Origin: Candidatus Lokiarchaeum ossiferum
GTDB taxonomy: Archaea > Asgardarchaeota > Lokiarchaeia > Sigyniarchaeales > Promethearchaeaceae
Direction of reading: 5' to 3'
Length of the DNA stretch: 32,000 nt
Assembly (NCBI GenBank): GCA_025839675.1
Contig: CP104013.1
Location: 570,001-602,000 of the forward strand
How positions within the stretch are numbered: the first letter of the stretch is position 1; each line of letters starts with the position of its first letter. Positions 8,837-17,692 of the stretch are shown in pieces. The notes beneath the pieces are model-generated. The model was not told the origin of the DNA. It did no database searches and was given only the letters and a program-made list of their open reading frames with translations. A program made the translations under genes and the position numbers.

Positions 8837-8914
8837 TTTTCTCCAAAATAGTATCTGATTTCTTTATGAATTTTTTTTTTTCTACAGAGATGAATTTGTC
8901 AGATTACGATAAAA

Positions 8915-9703
8915 CTATTTCTTTTTTAACGTTTTAACCACCCGAAATTCTTCTAATATAATTTTACTCTGCATATTGAAGGAAAGATTGGAAATCTCTG
9001 CTTCTTCTGTAAAGAATTCTATATGCACTCGCCGCCAATACTCCAACGATTTATCACCTTCTCCCTCAATTGCAGCAAATTCTGGAGACACTTTATCAAA
9101 CGGGGTGATAGTCACATTAACTGTTTCAATAATACATCGGGGAAATCCAGCAAAATCTGTGATAATCGATCTTGCACCGAGTTTTGGAAAAGGTTCGTTT
9201 TCAGCCAAATATGCATCAACAAGACTAGCGGTTCCACGTTTCGTGCCAGACAAGACCAATTCTGCTAATTTATCAGCATCATGTTCATTCATACAAAAAT
9301 GCCAAACTGAGAATGGAGCATCCCTTATAGAAAATCCTTCTAAAACCCCGATTTCATAAATTTCAAGGAATTTCTCAGGGGGAATTTTTTCTGGAGTTCC
9401 ATCGTGAGTAGGAATGAGCAATGGGTGTGATAAAAATGCAATTGATAACCATGAATACCCGGGTATCTTTAATTCGGGTTCAGAAGGAATAAGATAAAAT
9501 GTAAAATCATATAGATCTTCGGAAGAACTAAATATTTTAAAATCGGTTATGGAACCTATTGATGTTAGGGGTAATTGGTGATCATTCAACCATTCTTTTG
9601 CAGAATTTATCTTTGATGGAATGATATACTCACTATTTGTTCCATTTACATTATGTTGCACTAAAAATTGGTGATTTTTGCTAAAAATTAATTCAATATG
9701 CAC
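8915..9703 (-). CDS. ASCH-domain protein with an unassigned N-terminal extension of about 120 aa.
   Basis: The C-terminal half, FSVWHFCMNEHDADKLAELVLSGTKRGTASL.......FPKLGARSIITDFAGFPRCIIETVNVTITPFDKVSPEFAAIEGEGDKSLEYWRRVH..FF, matches the ASCH (YqfB-like) pattern. Confidence 0.75.
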   Translation of the reverse strand: MHIELIFSKNHQFLVQHNVNGTNSEYIIPSKINSAKEWLNDHQLPLTSIGSITDFKIFSSSEDLYDFTFYLIPSEPELKIPGYSWLSIAFLSHPLLIPTHDGTPEKIPPEKFLEIYEIGVLEGFSIRDAPFSVWHFCMNEHDADKLAELVLSGTKRGTASLVDAYLAENEPFPKLGARSIITDFAGFPRCIIETVNVTITPFDKVSPEFAAIEGEGDKSLEYWRRVHIEFFTEEAEISNLSFNMQSKIILEEFRVVKTLKKK

Positions 9704-9782
9704 TAGTATTACCTCTTGAAGGTGGTAAAGGCAGAATATAACTTAAATTTTTGTATTACATATACTTTCTGTCTTTTTTAGC

Positions 9783-10077
9783 GCCAGAAATGTGTGGAAA
9801 TATCAGATTTTTTTCAGTTACATATTGGAAGACACTTAATCAAAAAAATTTTGTGTACTCTTCTAAATCTTGATAGAAATGCCAGAGGAGTCCACTTAAT
9901 GATTTTTTCGTTCCACAAATTGAATTTTGTAGTTATCTGGGTCCAGCACATAGAAAAATTTTGTGTTGGGATTCGGCTGAAATGGTCCACTTTCAATGTT
10001 TATCCCCTGTTTTTGAACAAATTCAAGCATTCGATCGAGGCAATCTACCTCAAACCCTAAGGAGAAATGATCTTGGT
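9783..10077. repeat. Right copy of the roughly 300 bp direct repeat. Its partner is at 6272-6568.
   Basis: See the left copy. This copy covers the decayed 5' end of the small ORF, the intergenic hairpin, and the 3' two-thirds of the intact VOC gene. Confidence 0.85.
9849..9899 (-). terminator. Hairpin downstream of the intact VOC gene, with arms ttttgtgtactcttct and agaggagtccacttaa. An oligo-T run follows on the transcribed strand.
   Basis: An inverted repeat with 2-3 mismatches. The right arm here is the exact complement of the left arm of the other copy (agtggactcctct), which implies an originally perfect 13 bp stem. Confidence 0.35.
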
Positions 10078-10264
10078 TCTTTGGTATGATGATATGTTTA
10101 TCCTCAATGAGTTCCACTTGTGTTTCGCCTTCTCCCAAAAAACAAATATTGATTCCTGGGCGAGCTTCAAACCTTCGATTTATGGTAAGACCCACAATCT
10201 CTTGATAAAATTTTAAAGATCTTTCCAAATCCTTGACATGTAATGTACACCAACAAAATTTCAT
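9896..10264 (-). CDS. Glyoxalase / bleomycin-resistance / dioxygenase (VOC) family protein, intact, 122 aa.
   Basis: The sequence reads HVKDLERSLKFYQEIVGL......ICFLGEGETQVELIED.....DHFSLGFEVD.LDRMLEFVQKQGINIESGP......TKFFYVLDPDNYKIQFVE, which is a typical paired beta-alpha-beta-beta-beta VOC fold. Confidence 0.85.
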   Translation of the reverse strand: MKFCWCTLHVKDLERSLKFYQEIVGLTINRRFEARPGINICFLGEGETQVELIEDKHIIIPKNQDHFSLGFEVDCLDRMLEFVQKQGINIESGPFQPNPNTKFFYVLDPDNYKIQFVERKNH

Positions 10265-10808
10265 AATTTAAACTTCCTTTTTGAGCCATTTTTGTGTATT
10301 AATCAATCCTATTTTTGACTTAGGGCAAGAGCATTTAGATAATGTCCGAAAATAGAAAATTTTAAGCATGGTTTAATCTTGTTGTAATTCTTCATGGTAT
10401 TAGAATCTATCCAACCACTTCCGCCTAAAAGATATCATGAACTGTCCATGAAATAGTCACTCACATCATGGACTTCGGAAGAATTTTCGTCAAAATTTTA
10501 CCCTTAAAAATATGGAGGATAATACCTTAACCATTTATTTTTTGATGAAATTACCTATTTCTTACAAAAAACCGATTTTTATTCTTCTATGGTTATAATT
10601 GAGTTAAAACAAGGAGTTTTGAATTTTTTAAGAATGTTTCTTTCACTTGTTAGTAGTGAAGCATTGATACAAACCACTGCAAAAAACCAACAACATGAAA
10701 GCGTTGACATGGAATAATAGTACACAAACGAACCGAAAGCACAATAGGAAAAATATAGAATGTAAAAAAAGAAAAAATTGAATTTAGTAGTATATTTTAC
10801 ATCAACGA

Positions 10809-12950
10809 TTAAATAAATTGTACATTTGTAAACGAAAATGTTGATAACCCATATATCGATTCTGGATTATTCCCTTTCCAAAGGTCACAATTTACCTGTC
10901 CAGCAGAAGGAAAACTCACCCTAGCCCCAACCTTCAAAATAAGCGCAGTATATACTGTGATAGAGAGGCCTATCTCAATATTTTTGAAGAATGGAAGCGA
11001 TAATCCAAATTCTAAGGAATCAGATGAGATATCCGAATAAGTTTCTAAAGAGTAATCTTTTTCCAAGCTTGAAGTAGATGTCCAAGGAAAAGAATCAGGA
11101 TAATCATCTTGATCCGCAACGGAAAATGCAACAGAATCAGGTGTTTCTTCACCCCACGTATTCCAAGTATTAAAATTAGTTGCATCAAAAACCCATTTTA
11201 TGTTTTGTATTCCAATTGGAACCCGAAATAGTATATCTGAAGAACCGGGAATTTTTAGATCATAAAAATATAAATCCATTTCTAATGCTTGATAAACTAT
11301 TAAATCTTCATTCACAGGAGAAATACGATCTACTCCTCCTCCAAATTCAATATCTTCAGAACCTATTGTACCTTCAAATGCACTAGTTCCACCCTCAATA
11401 CCAAATCCTGAATTAAATATATTTTCAGCAGAGACTTTCAAACCGACAGAAACATCAACATCTGTGTCAGTAAATTCATCATAAGACATGAATGGTTGTA
11501 CATAACTGGAACCAGAATTATATAAAGTATTTAAGTAGATTCGATTAGTTTGTACTGTAGTTGCTACCCCACTATTACTACCTTCTAAGTAGTCAGAAAA
11601 ATAATTATCAAAGTAGAAATTTCCTGTACCTCCTCCATAAAAGCGAAATAGCATGGAATTTAGCGGAGAAGTGATGAAATATGCAACTCCAAAACGATAA
11701 ATCATATCATTTATTAGAATTAAATATTCAGTTGAGTAAGTTGCATCATCATATTTTCTCATCACTAATTTGAAATTATAGAGAACATCTGCCTCAAAAT
11801 TGAAATCAGGGTAGAAATCTATATATTCATTCATTGAATCACAAACTTTCATATTATTTTTAGTAATCTCAATGAAAAATTCTGCAGAGGAACTTCTATC
11901 TTGAAGATCTAAGTATATGAGTGGATCTGTAACACTTCCCAATATTCCAAAATCAAATTGAATCAAAACTGGAGTTGATTCATACCATTGATAAGAATCT
12001 ACACCAAGATCTTGATCTTGAAAATAAGAACCGGGACTTATTTCTAAACAATTACCGGGATTTCTTTCTAAAAATTCGGTTTCTTTATTTACTAAAGAAA
12101 AATCGTTTTGATCTCCATATGTAAAGTCGGAGGGCAAAGTTCCAACAGCTATATCTTCATAATGGTGTCCTAATGGTGAATACTCATTGTTTTCATCAGT
12201 TTTAAGAATATTTATTTCCCGATCATCTGAAATTCCATCTCCATCAGCATCATTAAGTACATTTATTGTTACATAATCGTTTTTCGTATTCCAACCATCT
12301 GAAACAGAACATCTCATAGTAAATACACCAGATGAAGAAGAACTGAATTGATATGTCAATGCTTCATTATTTTCCCATGCAAAAATTGATTTCACAACTG
12401 AACTCCCTTTATAGATTTGTGTCATTCGATAATTATAGGAAATTACTGGGGATGAAGTTGCCTTCCATGTCAAGCTCAGACTTTCACCGGTAGAAATAGA
12501 ATAACTATTTGTAGGGATTAATGTAAAACTTAAGCTTGGAGCAGTTACTGAAACAGTCACATAATCTGTTTTTGATCCAAATGAATCATAGATCAAGCAA
12601 TAAAATGATGATGAACCTGTTGAACTAGGATTATATGTATAGGACAAACTCGCACCGTTGGCCCAATCATCAATCTGTTTAACCTTAGTTGTACCCTTAA
12701 ATATTTTTGCAACACGATTGGCTTGATTATCTGTAGAACTAGCTTTCCATGTCAAAGTTCGGGTTTGTCGAATATCTATAGAAGAATCACTAGGTATTGT
12801 AGTAAAAATTGGAGCCTCTTCAACTGGAACTGGAGGATCTGGCATAATAATACGACCTAGAGCAAATGTACCACTGTTTAAAATGCTCATTAAAAATATT
12901 GAAGTCAATATTTTCATTACAGTTTTTTTTTTTATTTTCATCTTTATCAC
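10809..12950 (-). CDS. Secreted or surface protein. It has a signal peptide, two tandem Ig-like repeats of about 90 aa, a DADGDGISDD calcium-binding-type motif, and a large unassigned C-terminal domain.
   Basis: The track start is GTG at 12950; ATG at 12941 is more likely (MKIKKKTVMKILTSIFLMSILNSGTFALG, a hydrophobic signal). The internal duplication is ..LTWKASS...IFKGTTKVK..SLSYTY..SSFYCLIYDSFGSKTDYVTVSV against ..LTWKATS...IYKGSSVVK..ALTYQF..VFTMRCSVSDGWNTKNDYVTINV. Confidence 0.75.
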   Translation of the reverse strand: MIKMKIKKKTVMKILTSIFLMSILNSGTFALGRIIMPDPPVPVEEAPIFTTIPSDSSIDIRQTRTLTWKASSTDNQANRVAKIFKGTTKVKQIDDWANGASLSYTYNPSSTGSSSFYCLIYDSFGSKTDYVTVSVTAPSLSFTLIPTNSYSISTGESLSLTWKATSSPVISYNYRMTQIYKGSSVVKSIFAWENNEALTYQFSSSSSGVFTMRCSVSDGWNTKNDYVTINVLNDADGDGISDDREINILKTDENNEYSPLGHHYEDIAVGTLPSDFTYGDQNDFSLVNKETEFLERNPGNCLEISPGSYFQDQDLGVDSYQWYESTPVLIQFDFGILGSVTDPLIYLDLQDRSSSAEFFIEITKNNMKVCDSMNEYIDFYPDFNFEADVLYNFKLVMRKYDDATYSTEYLILINDMIYRFGVAYFITSPLNSMLFRFYGGGTGNFYFDNYFSDYLEGSNSGVATTVQTNRIYLNTLYNSGSSYVQPFMSYDEFTDTDVDVSVGLKVSAENIFNSGFGIEGGTSAFEGTIGSEDIEFGGGVDRISPVNEDLIVYQALEMDLYFYDLKIPGSSDILFRVPIGIQNIKWVFDATNFNTWNTWGEETPDSVAFSVADQDDYPDSFPWTSTSSLEKDYSLETYSDISSDSLEFGLSLPFFKNIEIGLSITVYTALILKVGARVSFPSAGQVNCDLWKGNNPESIYGLSTFSFTNVQFI

Positions 12951-12961
12951 AATTTAATATT

Positions 12962-12987
12962 TCACTATAATTTTTATGTTATAGTGA
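12962..12987. promoter_or_regulatory. Inverted repeat TCACTATAA-n8-TTATAGTGA in a divergent promoter region.
   Basis: Perfect 9 bp arms lie between the secreted-protein gene (minus strand) and the wHTH gene (plus strand, start 13058). Confidence 0.3.
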
Positions 12988-13057
12988 TAACATAATTCTC
13001 GTACAAATATATAAATTTATCTAGATAACAATGAAATAGTTATGGATAAATTTAAAT

Positions 13058-13528
13058 ATGCCAACTTGTTTCCAATGCATAAGAGTTATGACAGCTTCTG
13101 CAAACGAAACAAACACTAGTTCTTCAATTTTTGATATCTCCCTCCTAAAAACATTCAAATTAATTGAGTACTTACAAATTCTAGCAGAAAATCCAAAGGG
13201 TCTTTCTAGAATTGAAATTCGAAATATGGTCCCAATCTCTTCTTCCCCCGAAATTAAGTGCACAGAGACTCTTTTTGAAGGAGGTTTTATTGTTAATGTA
13301 AAGATCTTGAAAGGAAAAAAATTCAAGTTAACACAAAAAGGGTTAAGCCTTTGGAAGTTAATTCAGGTTGTAGATTTATTTATTAAAAAAACTTCAAAAA
13401 AAACTTTAACGACAACCAATGAATTACAATTAATAACAGATGCAATTGAAGAACTGCAAAATTTTAAAGAAGATCTAAGTCGAAATAAAGGGCAAATTGA
13501 TAGATTAAGTACTTTATATTTCAAATAA
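13058..13528 (+). CDS. Putative winged-helix DNA-binding protein. The start is uncertain.
   Basis: The central segment LLKTFKLIEYLQILAENPKGLSRIEIRNMV....LFEGGFIVNVKILKGKKFKLTQKGLSLWKLI looks like an ArsR/MarR-type wHTH, and the tail is coiled-coil-like. Confidence 0.45.
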   Translation: MPTCFQCIRVMTASANETNTSSSIFDISLLKTFKLIEYLQILAENPKGLSRIEIRNMVPISSSPEIKCTETLFEGGFIVNVKILKGKKFKLTQKGLSLWKLIQVVDLFIKKTSKKTLTTTNELQLITDAIEELQNFKEDLSRNKGQIDRLSTLYFK

Positions 13529-13596
13529 TCTTTGGAAAGTTTACTTTATTGATATTTGCATGCAACAACAATATCCTTTTCCTATATTAAAAATCT

Positions 13597-14403
13597 CTAG
13601 TCAACACTTATAGGATTTAGTTCTATTTTTTCAATTTTCTCTTTTGGTTTCCTTAAAGATGAATAAATAAAAATGGGAGACATTAAAATGAAAAACTGCC
13701 CAATTAATGATGTTAACCATGTATAATTCGGAAAACATAAACCCCGTATCACAAAATAGAACATCCCTATAGGATTTAAATCAATACCTATTATCAGCAT
13801 TAGGATACGTTTTTTAGTTGTTTCATCATCAGTACTTTTAAGTATTTTAACTAAATGGAACGAGGCAATTATAAAATAGATAAATGGAATTATTGCGGCA
13901 AAACCTCCTATACCGTTAAATTTTTCAGCAACGTGAAAATCTCCTGAAGGTGGTAAACTCGATGGTTCAATCACATTATTGAATTCATCCATAATTTTTA
14001 TAGGAACAAACAATATTAAGCAGGATAAGCTAAAAATCAATATAGATATTTCCAAAAAATGATTTTTTAAGTCGTTAATTTTATTTTCACCATAGACAAT
14101 TACCTTAACCGCATTAAAAACAAGCAATGCGTAAGTTATAAGGAGGAATTTCTGAATATTCCAAAAAATGGAACAAATTTGAAAGGCTAAAAAGCTATCG
14201 GCAGCAAATGTGAACGAAAAACAATCGATGAAGTTATAAATTGCCCAAGTAAGAAATGCCCAAAAAAAGATTTCATTAAGTAAAAACTTTTTCTGGTGTT
14301 TAATTTTAAAACCAAAGAAAATAAACACAAATGTCGATATCATTTTGGGTATAATTAGCCATAATCTCAGTTCATCTACAAGCATTTTCATTTTTCCTTT
14401 CAA
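13597..14403 (-). CDS. Polytopic membrane protein of unknown function, with about 7 TM segments.
   Basis: Hydrophobic helices recur along the full 268 aa (for example ISTFVFIFFGF, IFFWAFLTWAIYNFIDCFSF, LLITYALLVFNAVKVIV, ISILIFSLSCLILFV, GGFAAIIPFIYFIIASF, LMLIIGIDLNPIGMFYFVI, LIGQFFILMSPIFIY). Confidence 0.65.
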   Translation of the reverse strand: MKGKMKMLVDELRLWLIIPKMISTFVFIFFGFKIKHQKKFLLNEIFFWAFLTWAIYNFIDCFSFTFAADSFLAFQICSIFWNIQKFLLITYALLVFNAVKVIVYGENKINDLKNHFLEISILIFSLSCLILFVPIKIMDEFNNVIEPSSLPPSGDFHVAEKFNGIGGFAAIIPFIYFIIASFHLVKILKSTDDETTKKRILMLIIGIDLNPIGMFYFVIRGLCFPNYTWLTSLIGQFFILMSPIFIYSSLRKPKEKIEKIELNPISVD

Positions 14404-14770
14404 TAATAATTTAGTAACTTTAGAAATCTTTCATTTTTATATTTAAAAATCAACCTTTCCAAGATTGGGTGGTGCGTTACTCTTCTATTGATATGAATTT
14501 CTGAACTTTTGCAAAATGCGCATGATACACACGATGCACAAGATGCATGTACATCGATCGTTTAAAAAAATATAAATCTTTTGATATAAAATTCATGATA
14601 TTTTAAATAATTGTGAAAATATTCCCGAAATATTGACAAAAATTGCTCTTTTTTTTTATCAAATTACGGTTGGTCAAGAGAACGAACAATGAAACACCCT
14701 TAATAGATGAAATGATCCTTAATAATTATAAAAAAAATAATGAATAATTTAATTTGAAAAATAGTTCCTA

Positions 14771-16903
14771 TTAACCATTTTCGAGTTCATGGACATAAGG
14801 ACTCGAAGATAGAATATCTAGATTAGAACAAAAACTTTTGATAATATCATCTCGTATTGCCTTCAACCAAGTTTGAGATATATTAACTGCATTTTGGATT
14901 TGATTGACATGTGTTGCAAAGATTGCCTTTAACTTTACGCGATTATTGAAAAGTTGTAGAAACTTTTCTGGAAAGATGAGTGTGAGCAAAATATAACTTT
15001 CATTATTGGACCGAGACGAAAGCTGACTTGAATCATGGGCAATTGTAGTATAAATAAAAGCACGCAAATCACGATTTCCAAATGGTAAGACCCCAAATAA
15101 ACCAGTATGATATGATCCACCTTGTCCCAATGTAGTTGCGTAGATGCTACCACAAAGCACTAGTTCAGCATGCGTCGTGGGATCGTCCCCAGCAATATTC
15201 ACAGAATTTAGAATCACAGGGCCCATTTTTTCATCCACTTTATAAGCGACCAAAGAAATTTCCTTCACATCCCCATTTTCAATTCGATTATATGATAAAC
15301 CAGGAGAATTTAAGGATAAATGATCTTGAACAATGGTTAATAGCATCTGCTGATTGGGTGATACAGCAGTCTTTGAGGTAAGTTCTGCACCATCAGTTAA
15401 TTTTAAGAATCCCTCAACTAATTCTCGTAGATTATCCAAGTTTTTTTGAATAGTTATAGATCGTAACTCTAAATAAATCTCTTTTGCTTCTTTTTTCTCA
15501 TTTTTCAATAATTTCAATAATCCAAAGATGATTTGGACAGAAATAAACTTAGGTATTAGACCCTTTTCTTTAGTAAACATACTCAATTCATTAATGATTT
15601 CAAGGGCTTCGGTGAAGTAATCTTCTTTTTGAGTTTTTTGAAACTGTGAAAGGAGGTTCTGAGCAAGAAGAATTTTAGCATTAAATTGGATTTCTATATG
15701 ATTACTTTTAATTCCATGATGTAAAGCTCGTTGAAGACCTAATTCTACTTCATGGTAAAGACCTCGAGTTAGATCCATCTTTGCTTTTACAATCAATATC
15801 TGTGCAAAAGATACCCTCGATTCACATTCAAGAGCCATTTTATCAGCCTTTTTTAGATAAAAATATGTTTCCTCAGAATATCCAAGAGTATTCCATATTT
15901 CTGCAGAAAGAATACAAAGATCAATAACACTATTATCAATTTGATATTGATTTGCCAAGGCATTACTTTTTTCTATCATACCAAGGGCTTTCTGATAATT
16001 TCCTTTAAATATCCATATTTTAGCATAGATATAGTAACTTTTGATTATTTGATCAGTATATTGTGTTTCAAGAAACATTTCCAACGCTTTTTCAATTAAT
16101 TCTTGAGCATTATCAACGTTTCCAATTTCTAAGGAAAATTTTGCATAACTTTTGTTCAACAAACCAATAGTCATTTTATCCGAAATTTGGTTTGCAATTA
16201 AAATTCCCTCTTCATATGCTTGTTTAGCCTTTTCAAATTCACCAAAAAGGTACCAAATATCACCAAGATTATTTAGAGAAATGCTAGTTCCACGATTATA
16301 ACTATTTTCTTTGCTGATCGTGTAGCATTGATTATAACAGTTTTCTGCCTGTTTCAAATCTCCTAAAAGTTCATAATTTAAAGCGACATTATTATAATAT
16401 CGAGCAGCCATGTATTTCTTTTCAGGATAAGATTCTACTTGGGATATTAAATCATTACCCAATTCAATTGCATCGTGATATTTACCTAATCGATGCAAAG
16501 CCACAATTTTTGTATTCATTAATTCCAAATATGCATCAAATTGCGGAGTAATGGAAATCAATTTCTCTGCTTTGTCAATTATTTTTAGGGCTTCTAAATT
16601 GTATCCTAATGTTTGTTTAAAATCTGCCATAACAGCGAGAGCTTTGATTTCTACTTCTGGAAAATTTAAGGTTGACAAAATTCTGAGAATGGCATCTAAT
16701 TCATCAATTGCTTGATTGACTTTGCCATCGCGAGCTCTTAAAGAACACTGTAAAATTTCAGCGCGATATTTGTATTCTTTTGAGATATTTTGCGAGAGTA
16801 ATCCATTCAGTAGAATTTCTGCTTCATTTGGGGATGTATCAATTTTAATTTTTATTTTTTTTATCTGAGATTCAATTTGATTACAATCCATGATGAGCAC
16901 CAT
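14771..16903 (-). CDS. TPR-repeat protein (about 500 aa of TPR-like helical repeats) with an unassigned C-terminal alpha/beta domain of about 190 aa.
   Basis: 34-residue-type repeats with A/Y/G/L signatures recur, such as YYNNVALNYELLGDLKQAENCYNQC, LNNLGDIWYLFGEFEKAKQAYEEG and YIYAKIWIFKGNYQKALGMIEKS. The C-terminus is non-repetitive: ISLVAYKVDEKMGPVILNS...GSIYATTLGQGGSYHTGLFGVLPFGN...SYILLTLIFPEKF. Confidence 0.8.
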   Translation of the reverse strand: MVLIMDCNQIESQIKKIKIKIDTSPNEAEILLNGLLSQNISKEYKYRAEILQCSLRARDGKVNQAIDELDAILRILSTLNFPEVEIKALAVMADFKQTLGYNLEALKIIDKAEKLISITPQFDAYLELMNTKIVALHRLGKYHDAIELGNDLISQVESYPEKKYMAARYYNNVALNYELLGDLKQAENCYNQCYTISKENSYNRGTSISLNNLGDIWYLFGEFEKAKQAYEEGILIANQISDKMTIGLLNKSYAKFSLEIGNVDNAQELIEKALEMFLETQYTDQIIKSYYIYAKIWIFKGNYQKALGMIEKSNALANQYQIDNSVIDLCILSAEIWNTLGYSEETYFYLKKADKMALECESRVSFAQILIVKAKMDLTRGLYHEVELGLQRALHHGIKSNHIEIQFNAKILLAQNLLSQFQKTQKEDYFTEALEIINELSMFTKEKGLIPKFISVQIIFGLLKLLKNEKKEAKEIYLELRSITIQKNLDNLRELVEGFLKLTDGAELTSKTAVSPNQQMLLTIVQDHLSLNSPGLSYNRIENGDVKEISLVAYKVDEKMGPVILNSVNIAGDDPTTHAELVLCGSIYATTLGQGGSYHTGLFGVLPFGNRDLRAFIYTTIAHDSSQLSSRSNNESYILLTLIFPEKFLQLFNNRVKLKAIFATHVNQIQNAVNISQTWLKAIRDDIIKSFCSNLDILSSSPYVHELENG

Positions 16904-17269
16904 TATATTATGTGGTTAAATTAAACTCAAGTTAAAATTTTAAAAATCTAACTGATTGATAATTGAATTTGAATTATTTTTTTTTGATTCTCCTACCACT
17001 TCTGTCTTATGGTAAGTTTACAGGAAATGGATGGTAATCAACCAAAAAATTCACTCTATAGATTGGTTTACTCAAATGAAAATGAGTTTAATCTCTGAAA
17101 AGGGAGAAAATCAAGCTATGCGAGAAAATATGTTCTTTCATTAAAAAATCGAAATGTACACTTCATGAAATTTTATCGAATTATTAATGATAGAAGTTTT
17201 TCTTGTATATCATAGGTTTTTAGATGAACCTATGGGGGAAAGCAAGGAAATATAGAGTTCAAAAAAGGA

Positions 17270-17692
17270 TTAGAAGATAGATTTGAAATTAGCCACCATT
17301 TTTTCATTTTTATTGAAGAAATACTCAACCAATTTTTCAAAACCTTCAAATTGAGCAAGATTTCCATTCCATGCCAAAATATCACTCGGGGCAAATTGAG
17401 TTTTAAAAATTTCAGAGATCTCATGGAGCATTTTGTTCATGTTTTTCCGTTTCCGAGTATGAGTGCTTCGAGCTACAATCGTAGTCTTATAAGGAGCAAG
17501 ATAGAGACTCATTAAAAAATTCTCACCCATTGTAATGTCATCTATCGCAGTATCGGAACATTGTCGTCCAAATTGATTGATGGCGGTGAAAAAACTTCCG
17601 AAGAGCAAGGGATTCATCTTGCTATCCACGGCATAGTTAAACATACACGATCCTGCTTCATTTAAAATCCAAAGTTCATCTAATTCATTCAT
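17270..17692 (-). CDS. Small longin/roadblock-like alpha/beta domain protein, 140 aa. The family assignment is tentative.
   Basis: The pattern is LWILNEAGSCMFNY......NPLLFGSFFTAINQFGRQ.....IDDITMGENFLMSLY.....IVARS....... then a helical tail with W.G....F. It resembles small regulatory domains associated with GTPases in archaea. This is recognised from memory, not from a search. Confidence 0.45.
   Translation of the reverse strand: MNELDELWILNEAGSCMFNYAVDSKMNPLLFGSFFTAINQFGRQCSDTAIDDITMGENFLMSLYLAPYKTTIVARSTHTRKRKNMNKMLHEISEIFKTQFAPSDILAWNGNLAQFEGFEKLVEYFFNKNEKMVANFKSIF

Noticed and set aside
10265-10808. A possible hidden gene broken by TGA in the 540 nt spacer (for example MNCP[TGA]NSHSHHGLRKNF... 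starting near 10436).
   Set aside because: Even when read through the TGA, the ORF is only about 53 codons. It has no motif and its composition is not protein-like, so it does not support a recoding hypothesis.
14516-14575. A His/Met-rich 19-codon micro-ORF (MRMIHTMHKMHVHRSFKKI) in a locally GC-richer patch of the 14404-14770 spacer. A weak hairpin (cgatgca..tacatcg) is also present.
   Set aside because: It is too short, and there are no comparative data. The hairpin has internal mismatches, and no known leader-peptide or riboswitch pattern is recognised. I note it only as a place to look if RNA-seq exists.
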